DNA from: Candidatus Woesearchaeota archaeon UBA525
GTDB lineage: Archaea; Nanobdellota; Nanobdellia; Woesearchaeales; UBA525
Assembly (NCBI GenBank): GCA_002498125.1
Contig: DAGG01000030.1
Location: 3-64,002 of the forward strand
Reading direction: 5' to 3'
DNA: 64,000 nucleotides
The notes beneath the pieces are model-generated. The model saw nothing but the letters and a program-made list of their open reading frames with translations. It made no database searches and was not told where the DNA came from. Positions 10,176 through 19,897 of this stretch are shown here, one piece after another. The first letter of the stretch is position 1. Each line of letters opens with the position of its first letter. Both the position numbers and the translations under genes were made by a program.

Positions 10176-10666
10176 AGCTCGCGCCCCGCCGCTCTCCACC
10201 ACGCATGGATATCGGCCATAATCCTGTGCGGCGCCAATCCCTCCTCCTCAAACTGTTTTCTCGTCGTATTGCCAGTAAGGACTGCATAGAACGGTATGCC
10301 TGCCTGAGTGGCAGCCAGCATATCGATGATATCGTCTCCTATATACATCACACAATCTGTGCTTTCAAAGCACCGGGGATCAGGCTTGAGGAACCGAAGC
10401 ACATCGCTGTGGTAGAATGGGTCTGGAGAGATACCGCAAATCGACAGGCGGGGGGCAGATTTAGCATACGAGTTATTAGTGAGTACGCCTATGCGCATCT
10501 TACGTGCGGCCTCTGCGAAGAGTCCTGCGATGTCACCAATCGGTTCGCCAGGCACGAGCTTCCTGGCGACGTCATACGGCACTGGGAGTCGCCGGCGAAT
10601 GACCGCAGCCCGGGAGGTATAGAACAGTGTATCATCCAAGTCGACTAACACCACACCCCTTCCCAT
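10172..10666 (-). CDS. HAD-family phosphatase
   Basis: DLDDTL motif I, LTN, KPDP, YIGDDIID. Confidence 0.92.
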   Translation of the reverse strand: MGRGVVLVDLDDTLFYTSRAAVIRRRLPVPYDVARKLVPGEPIGDIAGLFAEAARKMRIGVLTNNSYAKSAPRLSICGISPDPFYHSDVLRFLKPDPRCFESTDCVMYIGDDIIDMLAATQAGIPFYAVLTGNTTRKQFEEEGLAPHRIMADIHAWWRAAGREL

Positions 10667-10821
10667 GAAAGCGGCAATAGCGACCGCGTTTAAATGAATT
10701 TAGACAGTTTTCTCGAATAATATCCGGCCATGTCAAGATTGAGGAAAAGCATAAAGGAGAAGCCACACACGTCCCGGAGGGAATCATTTAAAAAGGACCT
10801 CGGGCTTCCTCAAGTCGCGAA

Positions 10822-10923
10822 GAACGTGTACTCAGGAAAGGACTGAGTAGCGGACGCAAGGGACGTGTACTTTCGGTCCATCAGGAGCGAAAGTAACGGA
10901 CCGAGTGAAACGAGGGACGTGTA
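10822..10923 (+). repeat. Three tandem copies of the tRNA 5' end G(G/A)ACGTGTA separated by hairpins
   Basis: Copies at 10822, 10861 and 10915 (the tRNA itself); hairpins TACTCAG/CTGAGTA and TACTTTCG/CGAAAGTA. Confidence 0.7.
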
Positions 10924-11058
10924 GCTCAGCTTGGATAGAGCACAGCACTCCTACTCCTTATGACGATCATTTCGCTATACCGGCTCGACCGGTTAAACGA
11001 GAGTTAGCCGAAGGAGAGAGTAATGCTGGGGCCGGGGGTTCAAATCCTCCCACGTCCG
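10915..11058 (+). tRNA. tRNA-Arg(CCU) with a 69-nt intron (10954..11022) at position 37/38
   Basis: Acceptor GGACGTG/CACGTCC, D arm GCTC/GAGC, anticodon stem CAGCA/TGCTG, T loop TTCAAAT, relaxed BHB motif. Confidence 0.93.
10954..11022 (+). ncRNA. Box C/D-like guide RNA within the tRNA intron
   Basis: Stem CTCCT/AGGAG, C box ATGACGA (10960-66), D box CCGA (11008-11), 12- and 14-nt guides around the hairpin ACCGG/CCGGT. Confidence 0.6.
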
Positions 11059-11091
11059 TTCAGTTTGAGCGCGCGTCAGGCCGGGGGGAAA

Positions 11092-11805
11092 ATGAGATAT
11101 CGCAGTGTCGCCATCATCGGGCCTTCTACTGTAGGCAAGACTTCTGTGGCTTTCGGACTCGCGAGGAAGATTGAAGGCGAGATTGTCAATCTCGACAAGA
11201 TATACACCTACAGGACCCTCCCAATCAGCTCCGGCCTCAGCGATGCGCTTGAGATGGAAGGTATCGAGAAGCACCTCTACGCATTCCTGGACCTTGAGGA
11301 GGAGCCTGTGCCCGCCCCTATCTACGCGGAGATGGTACGTGAGAAGTGCATGAGCATAGTGTCAAAGGGCCGGACGCCTATTGCGGAAGGAGGATCGACG
11401 ACTTATTTCCCGGCGTTCTACGCGTGCAATGAAGAGAGACCGTTCTGCAACCTCATCATAGGCCTCACGCCTCCCCCATACGATTCGCTGCGGCATAACA
11501 TCAAGAGCAGAATCAGTGACGCGATAGATAGAGGACTACTCACAGAAGTGAAGGCGAACGCGATGCGCAAGAGCAACCTCCTCTCCGACATGCATGTGAC
11601 CGCGCCGCTTATAGAGCATCTCGCCGGGAAAATAGGCATCGAGGAAGCAAAGGAGCGCATACTCGAGAGAGCGCTCGCGTACACGAATCTCCAGATGTCC
11701 ATCTTTGCAAAATATGATCGGATAACATGGCTGGAGTACAACCCTTCTCATCAGCAGACCATCGAGTGTATAATAGGCCTGATGCGTACAGGAGCCAAAT
11801 TTTAA
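11092..11805 (+). CDS. Short MiaA/IPT-family dimethylallyltransferase
   Basis: IIGPSTVGKTS, EIVNLDKIYTY, KHLY, EGGSTTY, RISDAIDRGLLTEV; 237 aa, lacks the MiaA central insertion. Confidence 0.85.
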   Translation: MRYRSVAIIGPSTVGKTSVAFGLARKIEGEIVNLDKIYTYRTLPISSGLSDALEMEGIEKHLYAFLDLEEEPVPAPIYAEMVREKCMSIVSKGRTPIAEGGSTTYFPAFYACNEERPFCNLIIGLTPPPYDSLRHNIKSRISDAIDRGLLTEVKANAMRKSNLLSDMHVTAPLIEHLAGKIGIEEAKERILERALAYTNLQMSIFAKYDRITWLEYNPSHQQTIECIIGLMRTGAKF

Positions 11806-11830
11806 ATAATCCCTGGTTCACTGCAGCTCT

Positions 11831-12874
11831 ATGGCACGGCTAAGATACATCGCCGCCGGCATGCTCCTCGTCGGCTCAATTATCGTCGGCCTGATGGTAT
11901 ACAGCATCGGAGCGGGCGAGATTGCAAGTGTCATCGCGAAAGCAAGCCTCGTCTTCCTCGGCGCGTACATCCTCGCATCCGTAGGGATCGCAGCTATAGC
12001 CACATACAAATGGCAACTCATCCTACGCTCCCAGCGCATAAGGATACCATACAACAGACTCTTCATGTACAGGATGATCGGCTACTCCGTCAGCTACCTC
12101 ACACCAACGGCCCACGTCGGCAGCGAACCCATCAGGGCATACTTGCTCAAGCGCGAAGGCATCCACACCAACAAAGCATTCTCCACGGTCATCATCGACA
12201 AGAGCCTCGAACTCATCGCAGACGTCCTGTTCTTCTTCTTCGGAGCGCTCCTCATCATCAACAGCGTCGCAGTGAACAGTAGGATGAAACTCATCGTGCT
12301 CATCATATCACTCATCCTCATCCTGCTCATGGGTATGTTCGTGGGAGGCGTGCTCGGTAAGAGGAGTATGTTCATCGCGATTTTCCGCTTTCTCCGTCTC
12401 CACAGGATGAGGAAACTGCGACCCATCCAGCGTAACCTCGGCGCGATTGAGAAGCAGATTGAGAGTTTCTACCGCAAAGAGAAACGGCTCTTCGTGATCA
12501 TCATGGGACTGATGGTGCTCCTGTGGGGACTCATGTTCCTCGAGTACAAGTTCCTGCTGCTCATGCTTGGCGTCGATGCGTCGCTCGTGCAGATATTCCT
12601 CATCCTCACCGGCGTCGGGCTGGCATACGCAGTCCCGGTTCCAGCTGCGATGGGAACACTCGAGCTCGGGCAGCTCTCAGCCGCGAAGGTCCTCGCACTT
12701 GGCAGCGCAACAGGCATTGCACTCGCGTTCATCGTACGCGCACGCGACCTCGTCTGGACAGCAATCGGTCTCGTGTTCCTCACAATATACCAATTCAGCT
12801 TCTCACGCCTCGCGAAGGAGACGAAGCGCATCGACAAGGAGTTCGAGAAGGGCGACATCGAGGAACGGATGTGA
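11831..12874 (+). CDS. Flippase-like membrane protein (LPG synthase TM/UPF0104)
   Basis: Multiple TM helices; LTPTAHVGSEPIRAYLL, VPAAMGTLE. Confidence 0.88.
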   Translation: MARLRYIAAGMLLVGSIIVGLMVYSIGAGEIASVIAKASLVFLGAYILASVGIAAIATYKWQLILRSQRIRIPYNRLFMYRMIGYSVSYLTPTAHVGSEPIRAYLLKREGIHTNKAFSTVIIDKSLELIADVLFFFFGALLIINSVAVNSRMKLIVLIISLILILLMGMFVGGVLGKRSMFIAIFRFLRLHRMRKLRPIQRNLGAIEKQIESFYRKEKRLFVIIMGLMVLLWGLMFLEYKFLLLMLGVDASLVQIFLILTGVGLAYAVPVPAAMGTLELGQLSAAKVLALGSATGIALAFIVRARDLVWTAIGLVFLTIYQFSFSRLAKETKRIDKEFEKGDIEERM

Positions 12875-13992
12875 CACTCTTCATTCAATTCAAGGAGGGA
12901 CTGCGCATGCTCCGTCGTGCTCGTCGCGTGCGCAAGCACGGCTTCCGCAGGTACAAAGGAGATGCGGAGGAGATCTGCCGCCGCATCATCGAGGACTGCT
13001 ATGACCATGAGCACAAGTACCTCCGCGTAAGCGCGGGCCATTTCTGCGAATATTATGTCCGTGATTTTGCGTTCTGCTGCGAAGCATTGGTCAAGCTGGG
13101 TTTCAGCGCACAGGTGCGATCGACACTGGAATATGCGCTCAAGCGCTTCAGGCATGCCGGCATCACGACTGCGATAGACCCCGACGGGGTGCCGTTCGAC
13201 TACTACCTCCCTTCCGGCCCCGAATCAATCGGCCTCTTCCTCTACAGCATAAGGGTCACAGGCAACGAGGATCTCGCGCGCCATGAGCACGCGTTCCTGC
13301 AACGACAGGTCGACCGCGTGAAAGGCATGATGGACCACCACACGCTCCTGCCGAAGGGACAGTACTCCACTATCCGCGACCAGACGCGCAGGAGATCCTC
13401 ATGCTATGACATGGTGATGCTCGCAGTCGTCGCGCGCGAAGCAGGACTCCTCGGGCTGCGGTTCCCGCATAGTGAGGAGGATATCCGCAAGCGCCTGATC
13501 GAAGAGTACTGGAACGGGACCTACTTCTTCCAGGACATCACGAAGCAGCCAATCATCGTCGGCGACGCGAACGTGTTCCCGTTCTGGACAGGGGTAGTCG
13601 ATGACAAGGCCATGCTCGATGAGGCGATGACCGCTGTGCAGACGGCAGGCCTCGACACGCCGCTGCCGTTGCGGTACGTCAGCGCTACGGACAAGAAGCG
13701 CGAGCGCACAGGATTCCACTTCAGCGCACTACTCGCGCCCGATTACGAGACCGACAGCATCTGGGCCCACCTCGGCCTCGCGTATGTGCGAGTGCTGACG
13801 ATGCACGATCCTGCACGGGCACGCAAACATATCGAGAAGTACCGCAAGGAGATAGAACAGCACCGCAACTTCCTAGAGGTATATGACTCATTCGGCCAGC
13901 CGCTGCGCGGACAGCTCTATGTGACTGATGAGAGCATGCTCTGGTGCGCGAACTGGCTTGCGCTTAACAAGTTCAGCGGCCTCCCATCCTAA
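12871..13992 (+). CDS. Six-hairpin glycoside hydrolase-like protein
   Basis: GHFCEYYVRDF, IWAHLG, FLEVYD; GTG start overlaps the upstream stop. Confidence 0.7.
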   Translation: MTLFIQFKEGLRMLRRARRVRKHGFRRYKGDAEEICRRIIEDCYDHEHKYLRVSAGHFCEYYVRDFAFCCEALVKLGFSAQVRSTLEYALKRFRHAGITTAIDPDGVPFDYYLPSGPESIGLFLYSIRVTGNEDLARHEHAFLQRQVDRVKGMMDHHTLLPKGQYSTIRDQTRRRSSCYDMVMLAVVAREAGLLGLRFPHSEEDIRKRLIEEYWNGTYFFQDITKQPIIVGDANVFPFWTGVVDDKAMLDEAMTAVQTAGLDTPLPLRYVSATDKKRERTGFHFSALLAPDYETDSIWAHLGLAYVRVLTMHDPARARKHIEKYRKEIEQHRNFLEVYDSFGQPLRGQLYVTDESMLWCANWLALNKFSGLPS

Positions 13993-14770
13993 GGTTCTTG
14001 AGGACGCGCGCTTTCTCGCGCAAGAGGTTCGTAGCATTCATCATCTGGTGGCGCAGGTTGCGCTCCTCGCCGATGACGGCGACACGTTTCTTCTTGACGT
14101 CATCGAGGAACTCCTCCCATGACTGCGACTTGGCAACGGTGAACGCCGTTCCGAGCGGCTTGATGTGGTGCCCGTCGCTGCCACCAACGATCGCCTTGTC
14201 GAACTGCATCGCCCAACCGAGCGCCGAGAGGTTCTGCTTGTGCAGCATCGTCTCATTGACGACCTCGAAGGCGTGGATGTGCCGCAGGAGGTGTCGGTTG
14301 CCATTGCTGAAGAAACGGTAGCTCCGTCGCGGCGGGACTGCGAACGGGTGCGGTAATGAGACGACGCAGTTGACGCGCCGCAACTCATCGAGAAGCTCCT
14401 CTGCAGAGATGCCTGACGCATTGCTCTGCAAACTGGTCTTGCGCTTCATGCGCGGCTTGAGCACTTTATTGTAGAACTCCTCGAGTTCTGCGACAGTGTA
14501 GAAGTAGGGAATGATATCTTTTCCTTCAGACGTGCACACCTCTATCCCCGGCCTGATGAGGCCCGGCACCATCTTGTCAGCGGCGAGCACACCTGCGATG
14601 CTGTTGTGGTCTGTAAGCGCGACACTCACGCCGAGTTCACGGCATCGCTTGACTATCGATTCGATCGGCGTTGAGGAGTCATGACTGTACTTGCTGTGGA
14701 AGTGCATGTCCACGAGCATGTAGTCCTTGCGCAGGGCCTCGACATCTGGTTTCGTGAAGTACACGCGCAT
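13973..14770 (-). CDS. PHP-domain phosphoesterase
   Basis: DMHFHSKYS, LTDHN, GIEV, LPHPF, GGSDGH. Confidence 0.92.
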   Translation of the reverse strand: MRVYFTKPDVEALRKDYMLVDMHFHSKYSHDSSTPIESIVKRCRELGVSVALTDHNSIAGVLAADKMVPGLIRPGIEVCTSEGKDIIPYFYTVAELEEFYNKVLKPRMKRKTSLQSNASGISAEELLDELRRVNCVVSLPHPFAVPPRRSYRFFSNGNRHLLRHIHAFEVVNETMLHKQNLSALGWAMQFDKAIVGGSDGHHIKPLGTAFTVAKSQSWEEFLDDVKKKRVAVIGEERNLRHQMMNATNLLREKARVLKNLRMGGR

Positions 14771-16602
14771 CAGATCATCGACCTCTCGCGTTCGATGAGC
14801 TCCATGACTCTCTTGCCTTCGGCCTTGCCGCGTGCTTTTGCCATGACTTTGCCCATGATCACGCTCGGTTTCGCATCTGGCAGTTCGGCCATGGCGGAAC
14901 GGATCGCCGCGCGTAATTCCTCGTCGGATATCGGCGCGTACCTTGAGTAATCCAGGTTGCCAATCGCGGCCTTACCCTCGGCTATCTCTACGAGTATCTC
15001 AAAAACAGCTGAACGTGGAATCTGGTTACGCATAACAGCGGCGAAGAGCGGCTCCAGGAGCGCGATATGGTCTATCTCCTTCTTGTACCTCGCCTGTATC
15101 TCCTTACCATAGGTCAGGACTGCTGTCGCGATAAATGACGGCTCCAAACTAGGGTACTTCTCAAGGTACTCGTCGAAGATGATGCCTTCGCGCACGAGTT
15201 GCTTCGCCTGGTCCTCGCTGATGCCAGATAGCTGCATGTCGCGCACCTGCTCACTGAAGAGCTTCGGTGCCTCAACGGCGCTGACGTCGATAGCGACAAT
15301 CGGAACGTCCGTTTCCGGATACATGCGTGCGGCCCCAGGCATCGGCCGCAGGAAAGAAGTTGTGCCGTCGGGGTTCGCCTTGCGAACCTCTTTTGGCACA
15401 CCGACAGCAAATTGGCGCAAGCGAGGCAGGATCGCGTCCTCAAGGAGCACCTGGATGCGCGCGGAATCACCGATAAGGAGAAGGAACGCGTCTTTTTCGC
15501 CTAACGAGAACGCATGCGATAGGTCTTCCTTGCCCACGCCGTATTTCTTCAAGTCCTCATCGCTGTGGATGAGACCGCCGAATCCTGCGCTGCGCGCAAG
15601 GTCAGCGAGCTCTGATCCGACGCGGTAGCCGCGCACGAGCTCTGTACCGAGCACGCCGGCAAAGCCGGACACCTTCACGCCGACGGCGCAATCGCCGCGC
15701 GCGAGCGCGGACTTGATGAAGCTTACTGTTGATAAGTGGAAGGCTTCGGTGACGTCGATGATGTCTCCTACCTCGACTTGCCTGAGCTTGCTCGCAAGGA
15801 CGATAAGCGACCGCTGACGCTCGGCTTCATTCTCGATGAGCGTCGCAATCATGCGGAGGTCCTGCGCACCCTTAATCTCGACACGAGTGCCGCCGGGCAC
15901 GCTGACATTCAAGTCCTGCCTGATGGTACCTAAGCCCCGCTTGACGCGCTTCGTGCTGCGCAGGAGCAGGCCGAGTGCCGCGGCGACCTCTTGGGCCTGG
16001 CTTGCGCTCGTGATATCGGGCTCTGTCGCTATCTCGATAAGCGGAATGCCGTTACGGCTGAGATTATAGATATCCTCTTCAGGTGTCCGCGCTACGATCT
16101 TGGCAGAATCCTCCTCGATGCATATCGTCTGCAGACGCACAGGGGGCGCGACCTCAGGAATGATGCCGCCGATGGCGAAGAGCCCTGTGCGCTGGAATCC
16201 CGAGACTGCGCTGCCGTCCACGATGGTCTTGCGCATGAACTGCATCATCGGGAGGACTGTGCTGCCACAGGCCTTGGCCACCATCGCCGCGGTCTTGATG
16301 ACCTCGGCATTGACAGGGCTTGGCGGCTCCTCATCGAGTTCGACGAGACAAGTACCATCATTGAACGCGTGGTAGGTGTACCGCTTCGCCTTGCGGGCCT
16401 CTGCCGCAGCAGCAGCATCGACCACGCCAGTTTCTCCTGCGCTCGCGCGCAAGCGACGCGTGACAGTGATATCAGGTTGGCGCTCGATAATGTCGGCAGG
16501 ACAGCGGCAGAAGAGCTTGGACTCTCCAGGACTGCCTGCCTGCTGGTGGATCTCGAGACCTACCTTCAGACTATCTTTTCCACCCTCAACTGCGCCTACC
16601 AT
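14770..16602 (-). CDS. gatE: Glu-tRNA(Gln) amidotransferase subunit E
   Basis: GLEIHQQ, KLFCRCP, RKTIVDGSAVSGFQRT, VKRGLGTIRQD, RPMPGAARMYPETD; TATA at ~16628 supports the start. Confidence 0.96.
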   Translation of the reverse strand: MVGAVEGGKDSLKVGLEIHQQAGSPGESKLFCRCPADIIERQPDITVTRRLRASAGETGVVDAAAAAEARKAKRYTYHAFNDGTCLVELDEEPPSPVNAEVIKTAAMVAKACGSTVLPMMQFMRKTIVDGSAVSGFQRTGLFAIGGIIPEVAPPVRLQTICIEEDSAKIVARTPEEDIYNLSRNGIPLIEIATEPDITSASQAQEVAAALGLLLRSTKRVKRGLGTIRQDLNVSVPGGTRVEIKGAQDLRMIATLIENEAERQRSLIVLASKLRQVEVGDIIDVTEAFHLSTVSFIKSALARGDCAVGVKVSGFAGVLGTELVRGYRVGSELADLARSAGFGGLIHSDEDLKKYGVGKEDLSHAFSLGEKDAFLLLIGDSARIQVLLEDAILPRLRQFAVGVPKEVRKANPDGTTSFLRPMPGAARMYPETDVPIVAIDVSAVEAPKLFSEQVRDMQLSGISEDQAKQLVREGIIFDEYLEKYPSLEPSFIATAVLTYGKEIQARYKKEIDHIALLEPLFAAVMRNQIPRSAVFEILVEIAEGKAAIGNLDYSRYAPISDEELRAAIRSAMAELPDAKPSVIMGKVMAKARGKAEGKRVMELIERERSMI

Positions 16603-16736
16603 CACAGTAGTGCCTTGACGGGCATTTTTATACTTTCCTTTGAAAAACAGGCCAATGGCGGTAATGGAGCCCTGCACGCCCCTAAATTGCATTTTCCTGC
16701 CATAACTCTTTTAACACCGCCCCGAGTCGCCTCAGC

Positions 16737-17441
16737 ATGGAGCACTGGGACCCTAGGACTAAAGAGGACTTCATCAGGGGAATGGAGGAGAAGGCGTATG
16801 ATGAGACTCTCCGTAACTGCCTCATGAGCAAAGGAGCCCATCACCAGGATCTGGACGACTTAACCCAGGACGCCTACATGCGTGCGTACAAGTACTTCGA
16901 CCTCTATGAGCCAGGCACGAACTTCAAGGCATGGCTATGCACCGTCGGCCAACGTAACATGATAAACCATCACCGCCGACGCCTCATCAAGCCGGAGGAC
17001 TTCAGCCTTGATGCGGAGAATGAGGACGGCTCTACGATGAAAGACGGGCTCTATGGGCACCACACCCCTGAGACAGACCTTGAAATGATGGAGGAGTTCA
17101 GCTACCGCCCGATCATCAGGAGAGCGATCTCTGACCTGCCGCACCAGTGGAAGATGATACTCCTCTCTACAGATATCGAAGGTCTCGGGCGTAAAGAGAC
17201 TGCGGAGCTGATGGGGTTGCCACAGGGGACTGTGCTGAGCAGCATCTACCGCGCAAAGAATCGCATACTGGATTGCCTCGTTGCCGCTTCAGAGGCGGTC
17301 GCTACGGCGGCGAGCGATGAGGAAGCTGCCAAGACATTGGCGGCGGAGTATGGGATACGCGGCGTGGCTTTGGAGAGGAGAGTCTATGACGCAGTGAAGA
17401 GAGCGCGCAGGGTCGAAGAGACAACTGAACAGGCTGCGTAG
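16737..17441 (+). CDS. ECF-type sigma-70 family factor
   Basis: Region 2: DLDDLTQDAYMRAY...TNFKAWLCTVGQRNMINHHRR; region 4 HTH: AISDLPHQWK...EGLGRKETAELMGLPQGTVLSSIYRAK. Confidence 0.9.
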   Translation: MEHWDPRTKEDFIRGMEEKAYDETLRNCLMSKGAHHQDLDDLTQDAYMRAYKYFDLYEPGTNFKAWLCTVGQRNMINHHRRRLIKPEDFSLDAENEDGSTMKDGLYGHHTPETDLEMMEEFSYRPIIRRAISDLPHQWKMILLSTDIEGLGRKETAELMGLPQGTVLSSIYRAKNRILDCLVAASEAVATAASDEEAAKTLAAEYGIRGVALERRVYDAVKRARRVEETTEQAA

Positions 17442-17518
17442 TTTCCACATGGAAAGCCGCTTCCCTTTCAAAGCCATCATGAGCAATTCTTTTAAACCGC
17501 ACCCGCATCATGCGCACC

Positions 17519-19816
17519 ATGGCTGAGAAAGAGATCCATCTCAAGGTAGCAGAGGCATTGCAGGACGACGTCAACAAGGGCATCGTCCGCTTCGACTCGT
17601 CATACATGAAGGAAATCGACGTCCGGCCAGGAAACATCGTCGAGATTATCGGCGAGCGCACGACTGTCGGTATTGTCGACCGCGCACTCCCCGGCGACAT
17701 CGGCCAGAACATCCTACGCATCGATGGGCTCACGCGCCGCAATGCGAAGACGACGATCAGCGAGATCGTGCGCGTACGCAAGGCGGAAGTGCAAGAGTGC
17801 AAGAAGATCACAATCGCCCCTGCGCGCAAGGGCATTATGATCCGTGCCAACCCTATCATCTTCAAGCGCGGCCTGCTCGGCCGTGCAGTGGTCAAGGGCG
17901 ACATCGTATCCCTGGGCGGCACTCGCCGTCGCAGGAACACGATGAGCGACAACCCGTTCTTCGACGAGATGTTCAGCATGCTCGGCGATGACAACATGCT
18001 CTCCTTCGGCCTGGGAGACCTCAAGTTCGTCGTGGTCGAATCACTGCCAGCGAAGAAGCCGGTGCTCATCACTGAGAACACGCAAGTAATCTTCAACCCC
18101 GAGGCTGTGGAGGTCAAGGAGGAGAAGGACATTGACGTCACGTACGAGGACATCGGTGGACTCGATGAGGAGTTGAAAAAAATCCGCGAGATGGTAGAAC
18201 TCCCGCTCAAGCACCCAGAGATCTTCGAACGCCTCGGCATCGAGCCGCCAAAAGGCGTCCTGCTGCACGGCCCTCCGGGCACAGGCAAGACGCTCCTGGC
18301 CAAGGCGGTCGCAAATGAGACGAACTCTAACTTCATCCTGATCAACGGACCTGAGATCATGTCAAAGTACTATGGTCAATCCGAGGAGAACCTGCGCAAG
18401 AAGTTCGAAGAGGCGGAGAAGAACGCGCCATCAATCATCTTCATCGATGAAATCGACGCTATCGCGTCAAAGCGCGAGGAGTCCAAAGGCGAGGTCGAAC
18501 GACGCGTGGTCGCGCAGCTCCTGACCATGATGGACGGCCTGAAGTCGCGCGGCAAAGTAGTCGTCATCGCCGCGACGAACATCCCGAACACGCTTGATCC
18601 TGCGCTACGCAGGCCTGGCCGTTTCGACCGCGAGATCGAGGTCGGCGTGCCGCAGGTCGCCGGCCGCTTAAACATCCTGAAGATCCACACGAGGAACATG
18701 CCGCTCGAGGAGAAGGGCAAGGAGAAGGTGGACCTGCAGAAAATGGCCGCGGTCACCCACGGTTTCGTCGGGGCGGACCTGAGCGCGCTCGCCAAGGAGG
18801 CAGCTATGATCGTCCTCCGCCGCGTGCTGCCGGACATCAACATGCAAGGCGATGAGGAGTTGCCCCAGGAGCTTCTGGAGAAACTTATCATCACACAATC
18901 AGACTTCCTCGAGGCGCTCAAGGTCGTACGCCCCAGCGCGCTGCGCGAGGTGCTCATCGAAATCCCGACCACGACCTATGAGGATATCGGCGGACTGCAG
19001 GATGTCAAGCAGGAGCTCATCGAGACAGTTGAGTGGCCGCTCAAGAACAAGGAGGCGTTCAAGCGCCTCGGCGTCAAGCCGCCAAAGGGCGTGCTCATGT
19101 ACGGACCTCCGGGAACTGGGAAGACACTCCTGGCCAAGGCTGTCGCGCATGAGGCAGAATCCAACTTCATCCTGGTCAAAGGACCGGAGCTGCTCTCCAA
19201 ATGGGTCGGCGAGTCTGAGAAGGCCGTTCGCAAGGTGTTCGAGAAGGCGCGCCAGACGGCTCCAACAATCATCTTCTTCGACGAGATCGATTCGATCGCT
19301 CCTCGCCGCGGAATGAACTCGGACTCGAACGTGACCGAACGTGTCGTGAACCAGCTCCTCACAGAGATGGACGGGCTGCAGGAGCTCAACGACATCGTGA
19401 TCATCGCGGCAACGAATAGGCCGGACATCTTAGATACCGCACTGCTCCGTCCGGGCCGCTTCGACCGCATCATCCTTGTACCTGTCCCTGAGAAGAAATC
19501 ACGCAAGCAAATCTTCGAAGTGCACACCGCGGACATGCCGCTCGCAAAGGACGTGATCATCAACGAGCTAGTGACAAAGACCGAAGGATATGTTGGTGCA
19601 GATATCGAGGCCGTCGCTCGCGAGGCAGCAATTCTCGCGCTCCGCGACGACATCAAGGCGACTGAGGTCAGCATGAAGTACTTTGAGCTGGCGCTTCTCA
19701 AGGTCAGACCATCGGTGACTAAGGATATCGAGCAGTCGTACAAGGAACTCGAAGGCACGTTCAAGCAGGCACGCGGACGACAGCTCGCGATGGACAAGCC
19801 GAGCTACTACGGCTGA
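17519..19816 (+). CDS. cdc48: CDC48/VAT AAA+ ATPase
   Basis: N domain plus two AAA modules (GPPGTGKT twice, RPGRFDR). Confidence 0.97.
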   Translation: MAEKEIHLKVAEALQDDVNKGIVRFDSSYMKEIDVRPGNIVEIIGERTTVGIVDRALPGDIGQNILRIDGLTRRNAKTTISEIVRVRKAEVQECKKITIAPARKGIMIRANPIIFKRGLLGRAVVKGDIVSLGGTRRRRNTMSDNPFFDEMFSMLGDDNMLSFGLGDLKFVVVESLPAKKPVLITENTQVIFNPEAVEVKEEKDIDVTYEDIGGLDEELKKIREMVELPLKHPEIFERLGIEPPKGVLLHGPPGTGKTLLAKAVANETNSNFILINGPEIMSKYYGQSEENLRKKFEEAEKNAPSIIFIDEIDAIASKREESKGEVERRVVAQLLTMMDGLKSRGKVVVIAATNIPNTLDPALRRPGRFDREIEVGVPQVAGRLNILKIHTRNMPLEEKGKEKVDLQKMAAVTHGFVGADLSALAKEAAMIVLRRVLPDINMQGDEELPQELLEKLIITQSDFLEALKVVRPSALREVLIEIPTTTYEDIGGLQDVKQELIETVEWPLKNKEAFKRLGVKPPKGVLMYGPPGTGKTLLAKAVAHEAESNFILVKGPELLSKWVGESEKAVRKVFEKARQTAPTIIFFDEIDSIAPRRGMNSDSNVTERVVNQLLTEMDGLQELNDIVIIAATNRPDILDTALLRPGRFDRIILVPVPEKKSRKQIFEVHTADMPLAKDVIINELVTKTEGYVGADIEAVAREAAILALRDDIKATEVSMKYFELALLKVRPSVTKDIEQSYKELEGTFKQARGRQLAMDKPSYYG

Positions 19817-19897
19817 GCTTTTGTTCATCCCTTTTTTCATACCTTCTAGACAATCCTAGTAAATCCTAAACTACTTCTCAGAATCCAAATGATCCAT

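Noticed and set aside
10866..10890. Hammerhead core on the minus strand (CTGATGGACCGAAA)
   Set aside because: Core mismatch and no room for stem II
10905..11274. ORFs overlapping tRNA-Arg and the N-terminal extension of ORF 11023
   Set aside because: They overlap the tRNA; the SD-like G run supports the ATG at 11092
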